Source: Bipalium vagum (taxonomy: Eukaryota). Taken from it: a stretch of DNA of 35,408 bases. Both the position numbers and the translations under genes were made by a program. Under the pieces are notes generated by a model that ran no database searches, was not told where the DNA came from, and saw only the letters and a program-made list of their open reading frames with translations. Shown piece after piece: positions 1 to 12,069 of this stretch (positions are counted from its first letter, which is position 1; each line of letters starts with the position of its first letter). The DNA is taken from positions 1 through 35,408 of the forward strand of contig JBBMKC010206154.1 of assembly GCA_037834085.1 (NCBI GenBank), in the 5' to 3' direction.

Positions 1-27
1 ATAATAATAATAATAATAATAATAATA
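1..27. repeat. (AAT)n microsatellite
   Basis: ataataataataataataataataata at the window start; similar AAT/ATT tracts at ~743-762, ~4270-4350 and ~11745-11770. Confidence 0.9.
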
Positions 28-796
28 TTCATTCATGCTTTCATTCATTGATTATTGGTAAAAGTGCAATATTATTATGTCACATTAGAGGATAGCATTA
101 AATATAATAAATCAATTTTTTTTATAAAACGGTTTTAATTAATTCAAATAAACAAAATTTTAAATTATATTGAATATTGGTAATATTTTTTTAATTAAAA
201 TGAAAGGAAAATGGAAACCAATATAAAATTCACTATCAAATTCTTCATTGGAGAAATAAAAAAAACTATAGAAAAATCAACTTACACTCCGATTCAGTCA
301 TAAATCATAGACAACAAAAAATATATATATCAATGTCATTATTAAATTATATATTTGTACAATTTAAATTATTTATTTATATTTAATTATTGTTTGGGAA
401 AAATGCTTAACCACGTACAATGGAAGCTTAATTCTGAAGAGAATTAATTATTTTTATTTTTCAAACGTCAATATGACGACTATGGTTGAACATTTTCCTG
501 CTTTATTATGGCACGTTCTGTCTCGCTGGTAATAGCTATTCAAGTATCCAATTACTTACAAGTCTACATCTATTGAAAAATTTATTTCAACTTTTTTTAA
601 TTACAATAGGTTTATGTTGACTATAATAAAAACTGGGTCATAAAAATATTTCCATTTTCCTTTCACTTTGTTATATTAGAAAAGGGGAAAAAATATTAAT
701 TAAAAGTCTTTTTTAATGTTTTGGATTTTGTTTCCGATGATATATTATTATTATTATTATTAAGAATTTGGTGATTTTTGGTGTTTTCTCTTTCAG

Positions 797-867
797 GAGC
801 AGTCAGTTCCCACCGCAATAGCGAGAAAGCAGGGATTAATTATACTAGCCATAAGACGAACCAGCCA
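797..867 (+). CDS. Candidate internal exon of an unidentified gene (cytoplasmic-tail-like)
   Basis: Strong acceptor ttttctctttcag and donor CCA|gtgagt; 71 nt, phase 1/0; open frame (x)AVSSHRNSEKAGINYTSHKTNQP; GC-richer than its flanks. Confidence 0.6.
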
Positions 868-1150
868 GTGAGTTGATTAAATTAGTTACTAATTAGTTAT
901 TGTAATTGCCACTGTCACAAAGTTTCCCCCCATACTCTGTGGACACTTAGAAAAAAGTCCAGCGTGTATTCGTGATAATATCCTTCACTGGCTTCGCTTT
1001 GGTTTTAGTCTCTTATTGATTTTATTAAAATTTCTGTTTATGTTTTTTTTGGTTTTTATTTTTTCTTTGACTGTTTTCCATCATATTTTTGTAGATTATC
1101 TAAAATCTTGCGTTTTCATAATAATTTTTTTTACTTATTGATTTATTATT

Positions 1151-1585
1151 TACAAGGGCTGCCTTTTAAGTTTTGCATATATGAGTGCATTCAAGCCTAC
1201 AATAATAAAATATTATTATGTAAAACAAACGCCTATATTTAGATACTTATAAATTATTTTGTTTAAATATATTAAAGTTTTTTTATTGGGTCATCCACCA
1301 TATAGTCCCCACATAAGTTCAAACGTCTTTTTCACATTTCCAAACATCAAGAATAAACTTCGTGACGAACGGTTCAAGTCACCGGAAGAGGCAATTGACA
1401 TGTTCTAAAATAGGAATTTTAGGTGTTACAACTGATGAGTGGAATAACTGCTTTCACGATTTGTTTCGACACATGGAAAATTTTATAAATCTTTGTCGAG
1501 AATATTTTAAAAAACATTTTGATCAGTCAGTTTTTTTTGTTTGATTTTTATGTCTCTATGCAAAACGTAAAAGCCAATCCTCGTA
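1151..1585 (+). mobile_element. Internally deleted mariner (435 bp including TA ends)
   Basis: TIRs tacaagggctgccttttaagttttgcata and (reverse complement) tacgaggattggcttttacgttttgcata, 24/29 identical. Retains the transposase C-terminus: LLGHPPYSP, FPNIKNKLRDERFKSPEEA, EWNNCF..CREYFKK. Confidence 0.88.
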
Positions 1586-1736
1586 TTGATTAATATTTTC
1601 ACAGGATTTCCAATTCACGAAATTATTCGAATCTATGTTATGTAATTTAAACCCTTCATCACTATACAATTTCATATTTGATTGTTACATGTATTCTTAA
1701 TTTTTTGTTTAACTTGTTCAAATGATAGTAACTATT

Positions 1737-2150
1737 TACAAGGGAAATTTAAAATCCGTGAAAACTAAAAACAATAACAATATATTTAAACAAAGACGTA
1801 TTTGATGTTTTCGAACGACTGTCAAGTCTTTATATTTTTTCTTTGCAGTAAAGTTTTTTCTAAACTATCAAAATGGACATTTACTTCAGCAATAATTTGA
1901 ATGAATGTACCTGCAAAACAGTTATGACTGAAATCTGAAGAATATAATAAATTGATAACATTTCAATTTGTGCTGTTGAATTGTGTTATTGTAGTGGACG
2001 CCTAGCGATAGTGGGGGAGCATTATCGTGAAGGAAAAGCCCTTTTATGACGTTGATAAAAATCCTGTTTATCCTATACATTGTAAATCTAAAGATATTTG
2101 AATTAACTTGACCTCTGTCTCTAAATGATGCGTTGATAAAAGCAAATTTC
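1737..2150 (-). mobile_element. Degraded mariner fragment
   Basis: Minus-strand LFLHDNAPP motif (ORF 1922..2152); TIR-like tacaaggg..aatccgtgaaaa at 1737. Boundaries approximate. Confidence 0.55.
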
Positions 2151-2439
2151 ATAGTTTTTAGTTAAATTGCAACGAAGACTTTAAATCATGCAAAATATGT
2201 GTATGTTTTGAAGAAAGATTGAAAAGAAATTAGAAACAGTTTTGACATATTTTGTCAAGATTTTTATTCAAATTTCTGATTGTCCATTCTCAGTTGAAGG
2301 GTCCTAAACCCATTATCAGATCAGATTGTCAAGATGGACAGTGTATTGTATACATATATTGAAAAACATATAATCATACTTGGAAAGAAAGAAACTCAAT
2401 ATTATAGATGAACCTAAAGAGGTTAAAAGGAATGATAAC

Positions 2440-3397
2440 TTGGGTTTCTTTGGTTTACTTTTCATAACTCCAAGAAAACAAGCTTGAAAGTGAAATGAGA
2501 ACGAATAATTAGTAGTTATGAAAGAGACGGTGACAGGAGTTTTAATTTTGGTTGTGTCAATGGAAAACTTGTTGATGAAATTCATTATATTGATAGAGGA
2601 ACATTAGATTTACCTACTTGTGGAAAACCTCATAGAAATGGAATGACGATTGAATATGTACTCCAAATTTTGAAACATAAATTAATGTGACAAAGAAATT
2701 TGGTAAAAAAGTGCAGCACCCCCTAACAATGTAACAGAAAGGCATACGAAAAGTGCTTGAAAGGTTTTAAGCAGAAGAAAATTGATTTCACTGTTTTATA
2801 ACTGTCGATGAGACATGGATCTATCATCATGGATCCTAAATAAAAGTTGGAATTGTTGTAATGCTTAGAAGCTGACTGTTCTGCTACAAAGTAGCTGAAA
2901 AAAGAAAATTCAGCGAGAAAGGTTAAGATAACCATTTTCTAGGAGGCGAAAAATATTTTTTGGATTAGTTACCTTGGGAAAGGTAAAATAATCATGTTAA
3001 CATATTATATCAGTTGATTAATAAAATTCGTATAAAAAGGTCTTGAAGAAAAAACTCATGTATCATCAGAATAATTCACAAGTTCACAAAAATGTATTGA
3101 CAAAAACAAGGCTGAACAAACTAAACTACGAATCCATGAAACATCCACCATATTCTCCACATTTGACCCCCACAGACTTTTATTTCTTTTTGCATCAAAA
3201 TGAAGAAACTATTGCAGCTGTAAAACCTCACTTCAGGACATTCAGGAAATACAATTTAGACATGGAATTGAATTAATAAAGAAGAATTGAACTAAGCGTA
3301 TCGACTTGTCAAAGGTTTATTTTGATTAGAAAATATCCTTTGAATGTTTTTCTCAAATTCGTTCATTTCTAGGCAAAAGATTTTCACGCAACCTATA
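2440..3397 (+). mobile_element. Degraded Himar1-like mariner transposase relic
   Basis: Frameshifted motifs FITVDETWIYHH, SARKV, YLGKGK, YHQNNSQVHK, HPPYSPHLTPTDF, NEETIAAV. Right-TIR-like ...ttttcacgcaacctata. Left boundary uncertain. Confidence 0.8.
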
Positions 3398-3747
3398 TTT
3401 GTGCTTTAGTGAAATTCTTTGAATCGTAAAATAATTAATATAATTTTTTATATACGGTTTCTAATTCTGTTCTTGTTAATGAAACCATAAACTTTGCGAA
3501 TGGTAAATGAAAGATGATGAAAAAGTCACTGATACCACCTGATTGTTATTTTAAAAGTTTGGAGAGCATGAATGATTTGGCTTTCGTGTTTTTAAATCAA
3601 TTACCTTAAAATTCCGTAGATAAATCGAGGCCTATGTTACAATAACAACATAATTTTTAAAAATAACATTTGATTGCGATCTGTCTAGAGTTTTAATACA
3701 AATTTTAAACAAAATTAAAAACGTAAATTATCATAAAAAAAGCAAAC

Positions 3748-4030
3748 TACTAGGGTGAATCAAAAAGTAAATATACAATTGCCTATATTACAATATCAGC
3801 TGAAGAAACATCTTGTGCATGCAAAAAACGAATAATATCACTTTGTTCTTCTTTGGTACAATTTTTTAAAACAGGCTCCATATTTTTATCTAAAATTTGA
3901 TAAAAAATAATATTCTTGTAATCAATATTTCGTATTTTATTGTAGCAAACAAGTTAAAAAGTATATTTTTACTGTTTATCTATGAAAAAAAATTAAGCGC
4001 TTTGTATCTGTACTTTTTGGTTCATCCACC
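3748..4030 (-). mobile_element. MITE-sized mariner deletion derivative (~280 bp)
   Basis: TIR cores ggtgaatcaaaaagtaaatataca and (reverse complement) gatgaaccaaaaagtacagataca, 20/24 identical. Only the transposase N-terminus remains: MEPVLKNCTKEEQSDIIRFLHAQDVSSADI (3881 to ~3790). Confidence 0.75.
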
Positions 4031-4485
4031 AATTACACATAACGTAACTATGATATGTAAAATAACAGAAATAAACAAAAAACTTTATTCAAAACAATTT
4101 AATTCCTCCTCGGTTGATCCGCTAAATGAATCCATTTCAAATTCTTCTGGTATAAAATTCGAGCTTTATAATAAAATATAAAACTATTGCATTTTAATGT
4201 AATATATTAATTATTTAATATTATGATTTCATTATTTAATTAGATCAATTAATATAATGACAAGAATATAATAATAATAATTGTTATTATTTATTTATTA
4301 TTATTTGTTTATTATTACTATTATTTTTTTATTATTATTATTAATATTATTATGACTAATAGTAGCAACAGCAATATTAATATTTGTAGTAATATTTTCT
4401 CTGTGGTTTTATGAAAGGTCCATAACTGAAGAAAAATAAAAAAATTGAATAACATATTTTTTAATTGATTTCATTTATTTTCTAG

Positions 4486-4555
4486 TGCGAAATTTCCAGG
4501 ATGGTTTCCTATCCTAATTTGACCAATAATCCAATAAATGAATATTCCGTTAAAG
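4486..4555 (+). CDS. Candidate internal exon of the same plus-strand gene
   Basis: tttattttctag|TGC...AAA G|gtatgg; 70 nt, phase 0/1; CEISRMVSYPNLTNNPINEYSVK(E). Phases match both neighbouring candidate exons. Confidence 0.62.
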
Positions 4556-5696
4556 GTATGGATATTTAAAATGATAAAAAACTAACGAATTTGTTTTAAT
4601 TGATGAGAAAAAAAAACATTTGAAACCAAAATCAACAAAATTGATATTTAATGAAATTTGCATAAATCACATTAAAAATATAAAATTAAATGATTTAAAA
4701 ACAAGAAATAGCAACCATAATTAAATATAATAAATATGTAAGACAAAAGTGAAATTAAAATAAAATAAAACTAATTATATTTATTACTCTCAGTCAAAAG
4801 ACGACAAATTGAATTATTGTTTACAACCGAATGGCCGTGGAACCGAAGAATAATTCCAATCAATTTAGGACAACTTGATTAAGGACATTTCCAAATAAAT
4901 ATAATTATTAAATCTTGAATGCCATAATTTCATAAAATGATCTAATATTGACATTTCATACGTGAAAATTAGATGGAGTGATTTTGCAAGTTGGACGAAA
5001 TGGATTTTCTCTTTTTGTTCTCAAAAGAAAACTATGAATCAAATTACATTTCCCATTCTCTGCCAATCTGATATACTTTCGGCACGACTCAATGAAACAT
5101 CGTTTCAGCTTTCATTGTCTACCAACACAAAATCATAAGTCGTCAATTAATATTTTGTTTAAAATGACGATGACCTAATCTATTTCCAAAGAACGAGGGA
5201 CCTATTCTTCAGTTGACACGACGAAAGAGTGAGAGAAAAAGAGAACGACAATAATGATGGGGGATTATTGTGAATTGAATATTTATTTATTATATAAAAA
5301 TTAAACTTCTTTTTTTCCAACTACACTTTTAAAATTAGTATATTCTTTTTATTTAGAGTTAAACTTTGATATTTTCCTGGTGCATTTTTGAGGTTTCGTT
5401 GTTTTAATTAAAATGAAACATATAAATTGCCAATTAGGTTTCAAGCAAATTAAATTTTTCTTCCTTTTCACTGAATTTAATCATTCATAATCTGAAAAGA
5501 ACAGAATATAATATTTTTTATTTCTTTTTACCTGAAATAAACTAATTTTAAACAAATTAATAAAACAAAAACTGGTTTAAATAATTTTCTTTTTTCACTT
5601 ATCTTTTACATTTATTTTCTAATAGTAGTTCTTTTTATAAAATATTTAAAATAAATTTTTTATCTTCGCATTAATGACTTTTTGTATTCGTCATCT

Positions 5697-5881
5697 NNNN
5701 NNNNNNNNNNNNNNNNNNNNNNNNNNNNNNNNNNNNNNNNNNNNNNNNNNNNNNNNNNNNNNNNNNNNNNNNNNNNNNNNNNNNNNNNNNNNNNNNNNNN
5801 NNNNNNNNNNNNNNNNNNNNNNNNNNNNNNNNNNNNNNNNNNNNNNNNNNNNNNNNNNNNNNNNNNNNNNNNNNNNNNNNN
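5697..5881. other. Assembly gap (185 N)
   Basis: Run of N. Confidence 1.
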
Positions 5882-7305
5882 AGTAAAAGACTGTTGGAAA
5901 TTGATAAGCAGAAGAGTATTATTAAACCACTAAAGAGCGCTTGGTACAGATCTTGAAAAGCGGTTCTCTGAATATAATGTATAAAAATATTTATTGAATT
6001 GTTCACTTGTCCAAGCTTGACGTGTTAAATGATCGTATTGCCATGACAAATAAAACAATATTCTTTGATTGAAAAACAGAAGTAAAAGACAATGTTTTCT
6101 CAAGTGCAATATCGCTTCTGTTGATAAAACAAAATTGCTACATTTTCAGGACCACAGTCCGTACCGTATGAGCCATTTCAAATCATATTTATCGTTAATG
6201 TTATTTGTTTAAATCATCGTGATGAAAGCGATCATTTTCACATAAAAATTACATTCACTCGAAAATGTTGTTCATTATGGAATAATATTATATTTTCTAC
6301 AGTTTACAGAAGCATGACATAGACACTTGAACTATGTCTGTAAAATGTAAATTGGAGAAAAATTGTGAAAATTTTATTCCAACGGATTTTTAATTGCATT
6401 TCACATTGATATTTTCATAAATATTTAATTAGAAGAATTTTTATTTATTCATTTTGTTTTAATGAAAAACAATTAATTTTATTACTTGAAAAATATTTAC
6501 CAAACATATTTATTTCCATACGTATATTCAAGTAAAATGTTCTTGAAATAATTTATTTATTACAAATGTATGTTCAAATTAACAATTTAATTATTCATAG
6601 AGTAATTAAAACAATCATTTAAAAGAAATTGACATTTGCATTAAAAACCATTGGCCCTTGTAAAGTGTGGAATAGTTTTTTTATCCATAAATTTTGTTTC
6701 AATTAATATTTAGCTGATACCAGTTGAATTTTTGGGCAGAAAACGTAATTTATGAATGGCAAGCTGGAATACGTTAAAAATAATAACGAAAAAAATATTA
6801 TTAATAAAATATCCAGTTTGTTTTAATCAATTCCACAAACATCAAAAGATTTCGTGAAATAATAATATTAATAATAATAAATAATTAGAAGGAAAATTGT
6901 GGTATGTTTTCCTCCAATCAATTCAGAGACGAATGACAGTTATGAATATATTAATACAAAATGATAAAATAATAATATAATATTCCATCTCATCAATTGA
7001 GAAAGTTTTAAATTCATACTTCATCCAATTACCAGGCCGTAATACACGAACGACGACGAAAAGAGAATAGAATACCCATTGATTAAAATGATTATTAATT
7101 CCAAGGAACAGTCTAAATAATAGGTTGACAGCTCAAGAAAATAATGGTTTACTTGTTTAGCTGAAGTATATTAAGAGAAAATTAATTCACTCCATGATTC
7201 ATATTATATTTGTCTTGAGAACAAAATTAAATTGAAAACGTAACTATTAATTAAACCTATACTTTAACATAAAGATTTGGCGGGTCCTTGTGGTAATAAT
7301 AATTA

Positions 7306-7600
7306 NNNNNNNNNNNNNNNNNNNNNNNNNNNNNNNNNNNNNNNNNNNNNNNNNNNNNNNNNNNNNNNNNNNNNNNNNNNNNNNNNNNNNNNNNNNNNNN
7401 NNNNNNNNNNNNNNNNNNNNNNNNNNNNNNNNNNNNNNNNNNNNNNNNNNNNNNNNNNNNNNNNNNNNNNNNNNNNNNNNNNNNNNNNNNNNNNNNNNNN
7501 NNNNNNNNNNNNNNNNNNNNNNNNNNNNNNNNNNNNNNNNNNNNNNNNNNNNNNNNNNNNNNNNNNNNNNNNNNNNNNNNNNNNNNNNNNNNNNNNNNNT
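7306..7600. other. Assembly gap (295 N)
   Basis: Run of N. Confidence 1.
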
Positions 7601-8379
7601 CATATGACTTGATAAATCTCAAACATTTAAAATATTCAAATTATAATACAATTTAACCTAACTAATAAAATAAAATAAAATAATTTTATCTGTTAATGAA
7701 TCAATCGATTAATTCTTTCTTTAAAAGGGCCTTAAAATTAATGCAGATAAACAAAGTTTTGTCTAAATTTAATTTTTGTAAAGTAATTATTTCAACATTG
7801 TATAAAACTACATTAACTGTTTGAGTGGCGATTTTTCACTAATTTTATGATCACTTATACCTGTAAGTATTCTCCAGTTAAAATTTTTTCATTATATTTT
7901 GTTTTTATACATTGTACAAAGCTTTTGTGTAACTATTCTATAAAATGCATTGTAATTCATCAATGTAAAAATTGAAATGATTAACAAGTTCCCGTAATAA
8001 TTGCAAAGCACAATAGTATAATATAATGAAATCATTTTTAACTAGGAGAATTATATTAAAACTTAATATTTTTGCTTAAAAATCTTTTTTCATCTATAAT
8101 TCCTTTTACAAAATATAAGAAACATTTTTATTTTGAAATTCTAAATTATTTTATATTATTTTTCTTATTTATTAAAGTTTACAATATTTCCAGTTGATCA
8201 TAATTATTAATTATAATAAAAAAATTACTATATATGAAAATATATTTTTCTTTTCATAAATCTTGATTCTTTTTTATTAAAAATTTTCATCTTTAATATA
8301 ATTTGTTAATTTCTTTTAGACCCAAATTTTCAATGAAATTTATTATAAAGAATAAATTATTATTTGTTTTAAATAAATA

Positions 8380-8590
8380 TATTTTAAATAAATAATATGT
8401 CAATAATTTTTAATAATTTTTAATAATATTTTAAATAAATAATATTTTAATAACTTTTAATAATATTTTAAATAAATAATATTTTAATAATTTTTAATAA
8501 TATTTTAAACAAATAATATTTTAATAACTTTTAATAATATTTTAAATAAATAATATTTTAATAATTTTTAATAATATTTTAAATAAATAA
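8380..8590. repeat. 37-bp AT-rich minisatellite, about 5.5 copies
   Basis: Unit AAATAATATTTTAATAAYTTTTAATAATATTTTAAAY; the variable base recurs at 8454, 8491, 8528 and 8565 (period 37). Confidence 0.9.
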
Positions 8591-8672
8591 ATGTGGACTG
8601 TCTCGTTTCATAATATTATAATAAATATGTTCTACAAGAATATCATTGAAAATATTATTATTAAAATTTTAG

Positions 8673-9076
8673 AGCCCATCAGTGGTGAACAATACAACCC
8701 GGAAACGGCTTTAAGAAATAGCACTAACTTTTACAATACCCTGATTTTACCTGAATCCAATGTGGGAACCTTTCAAAAAACTCCTCATGAATATCAAAAT
8801 AGAAACTCTTCGTCAACCAGTGCCGATTTACATCACAAAATCACACTGTTGAACTATTCTCACTTTATGGAACAGAACGAATTTCGAGATCAAGAAAAGG
8901 AAGACTATTTCTCATTGAACCACAATATTATAACAAATCCTGATTCTAATATAAGACTAAACAATAGCCAGGTTCAACCGAGGATCAATGAAACAGACAT
9001 TATTGATTGTCGAATTGATTATAAGACCCCACAATCACAGAAAAGATCAATGAAAATCAATTCCAGTTTTGTTTAA
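8673..9076 (+). CDS. Candidate terminal exon; Asn/Ser-rich tail ending in PDZ-binding motif SSFV
   Basis: Part of the longest ORF in the window (8591..9076). Composition shifts after aaattttag|AG CCC (phase 1); reads (E)PISGEQYNPE...KRSMKINSSFV*. AATAAA near 9269. Confidence 0.72.
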
Positions 9077-10789
9077 TTAAAAAATTATTTTATTAATATT
9101 TAATGCATTTTTATTTTGTAATTAGTGGGTACTTTATTTTACAAATACATATTTTAATCATCTTCATATCATTTATAATTATTACAGTAATATACATTTT
9201 GACTACCAATAATGATGACGGTTATTGATCATAATTGTGCATGTAAAATGAATAATTATGAAATTCAAATAAACCTGTTAGAGTCAATCGATAAAATATT
9301 CAGAGACATTTCTCATAGATAAGATTTTAAGTTATAAAAAATTAATTTAAAAAAATTAAACAAAATAAAAAAAATTATTAATAAAAATTAATTAATTAAT
9401 GATTTTTAATTAATTAATTTTCCAAATTACTTACAAGAAATATTAATTCTTGAAAGTTAGCAAACTGAAACAACAATCTTGAATCTAATTCATGTTTGTT
9501 TTATCTTATCAAAATATTTTTAAACTCTGAAAATATACCTCAAACGGAGCAGACTTACAAAAATTAAGAGTAAAAACGCAGAATTATATATTTTTATTTA
9601 TTTTTTTTTATGAAGATATTTGGGAACTCTCTAATTCTTTTCCATTTATTGAAATAAATTAAAACTGAGACTTATGGGAATTGTGCCATATTATTAAAAC
9701 AAAGATTGATATTAATAAAAAACCCATTTAAGAGTGATGGTAAGTTAAAGTAAGAGATAAATAATTTGTCCTCAATTACTGAATAACTAATTTGTAATGG
9801 GTTCAGATATCATAAGACAACCAGTGATGGTCTAATCTTACAATTACAGTTTAATATCAATTCTCCTTGTTTCTACTGCTTTTTGCCCTATCGCTCTCCA
9901 CTGAAACCCTGCTTTATCGTTTAAAGTACAATATTTGCTCCTCAACTAAAACAGGAAAAATGCAGAAGACATCGACTTCAAAGGTAGTTTCAATTAAGGC
10001 AGAATGAAAATTAATATCGATAATTATTTAATAGAAGAGAATGTCTGACGTCTTGTGAAATATGAATATTCAATTAAGAGGCAATTGAAGGGGATAATGG
10101 ATTTATAATTAACCCTTTTTAAGGCACGAATTTAACATGTTAAAGTCAAATGACACTTTAACGTTTTTTTTTCCTGTTCATTTAAAGTATTTATTTCACT
10201 ATCAAATATAGCCAATATATCAGCCTAATTATTCACATTTACAATCTTATTTTAGTATGAGTTTGTTTTACAGATGGAATTACAAGGTGTATTTATATAT
10301 TTATTTTATATATTTATTTATTTTTATATTTATTATACTTGTGCAAATTCTATTAATATTTTGTTTTAATTTATTTATAAAAAATATTTTAAGTTATAAA
10401 TCCCTTGTATCTAATGATGATAGTTTCAGATATCAATATTATGTGTTATTATGACAAAAATAAATTCAGCTCAATTTTTTAATTTTTAATATTTGCAAAA
10501 TTAACATTTTATGTTAATATAAATATTTTTTATTATTTTGTAAATATATTTTAAATGAACATTTTAATAAACAATTTTATTTATTGTAATAGTGCTTTGA
10601 TATCCGTTTTGGTCGTTTTCTTTCAAATCATCTTCAGACAATTGGTCAAAAAATTTATTATATTTTATCTGTGGTAAACCAATGACGAATATCAAAAATT
10701 TCGTGATTCATTGGTAGTGATGAAAAATTCCTGAAATTAGTTCGCAGATGGAGACAAAAAATAAGTTTATATTATATTTTCTTTAATAA

Positions 10790-11058
10790 TTAAGCTTGGG
10801 TGGGATGTTTTGCTACATTCCTATAATTCAGACTTTTCGCCCTCCGATTTCCATTTTTTTTGCTCACTGCAAAATTCATTGGCTGGTAAAGCTTTTTGAA
10901 ACTTCTATCTGCTTGGAATAATGAAGTTACCGTAGAGATGACAGCATGTAATTGATCAAAATGTGGAATATATAATAGATTAATGTTGATTTTGTTATAT
11001 TACATAAATGACTCTAAACTAAACAATAAAATGGACTGATCTATTGAACAACCCAATA
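10790..11058 (+). mobile_element. 3' mariner fragment (mellifera-like)
   Basis: KLGWDVLLH..SDFSPSDFHF..SLQNSLAGKAF and GIMKLP...VIDQNVEYIID*; right-TIR-like ...tgaacaacccaa|ta. Confidence 0.8.
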
Positions 11059-12069
11059 AATAATTAAAATATAAAAGATTAAATAGGAAATCTTTAGAAA
11101 TTACTTTTAATAAATTTTAAATTAAATGAAAATATATCGTAGTAATGATTATAGTGAATTTTTTAAAAATAAATACATTTAACCCAATAATAATGAAGAT
11201 AAAAATAGACTAGTACGAATGAAGATGATTTGTAAGAAAAGATCGAAATATGCATAAGAATATTATTTAAATGAATAAAATTGTTTACTTTTCAAATTTT
11301 TAATTAAAAAGTGTTTACTTTAAGAAATAATTTATTATTTTTAGAATAATATATACTTGTAATTATTTTTTGGAACAATCATTTCCAATAATCAATTTCA
11401 AAAATAAACAATTTTATTCATTCTTTATACATGTTTCGATCTATCTCTTTCAGATCACATCCCACTAGTGTCAATAACATCTTTTAAAGACGAAATCCTT
11501 TTTATCTTTTCATTTACTCAAATGTAACAGAAAATAAATTTTTAAAACATAATACTGTATCGTTTTTTCTTATATTTTTTTCTAATATTGATATATAATT
11601 AAAAACATCTATTTTTTGGACCACTCTATATTAATTACAAACTACGTAGTCTTTTATTAATTATAATAATTAATTATGATAATATTAATAATTCTTAATT
11701 ATTACAAATATTAAATAAATTGTTTATTATTTTTAAAAAATTTATTAATAATAATATTATTATTATTATTAAAAATTAAAATTTAAAATTTAAGAAAAAT
11801 AATTTTTAAAAAAACATTATTGAAAAGCGCTCATTTTTTCTCCAAGTCAATAATATTTAATAAATAAACTAAAAATGATGGTTTTGAAAATAATATTACA
11901 TGAAAAATTAGCAAATTACATAAAACTATTGATTAGTAAACACACTGAATCCCGTTTTGTCGCATATAGAAATAAAAATAAACGCCAGATTGAAATGGGA
12001 AAATAATTGAAAATTATATAACATACACTTGTTATTAATTTTAATTTCAATTTTCCGGATTAATTTTCA

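Noticed and set aside
6298-6349. Bulged hairpin TACAGTTTACA..GACATAG/CTATGTC..TGTAAAATGTA
   Set aside because: Large asymmetric bulge and no recognisable miRNA or Helitron-end context.
5671-7622. ORFs of 70-121 aa spanning the N runs
   Set aside because: Artefacts of translating assembly gaps. The gaps could still hide small exons.
8380-8590. 37-bp repeats as a CRISPR array
   Set aside because: Head-to-tail with no unique spacers, almost pure AT, eukaryotic context, no cas genes.
8591-8672. 5' part of the 161-aa ORF as a real start
   Set aside because: AT-rich, intron-like sequence ending in a tttag acceptor; better explained as intron preceding the terminal exon.
10257-10454. Hydrophobic short ORFs (also 3897-4181, 12479-12751, 24819-25073, 25446-25649, 26779-27196)
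   Set aside because: F/I/L/K/N/Y-rich translations expected from AT-rich non-coding DNA; no motifs.
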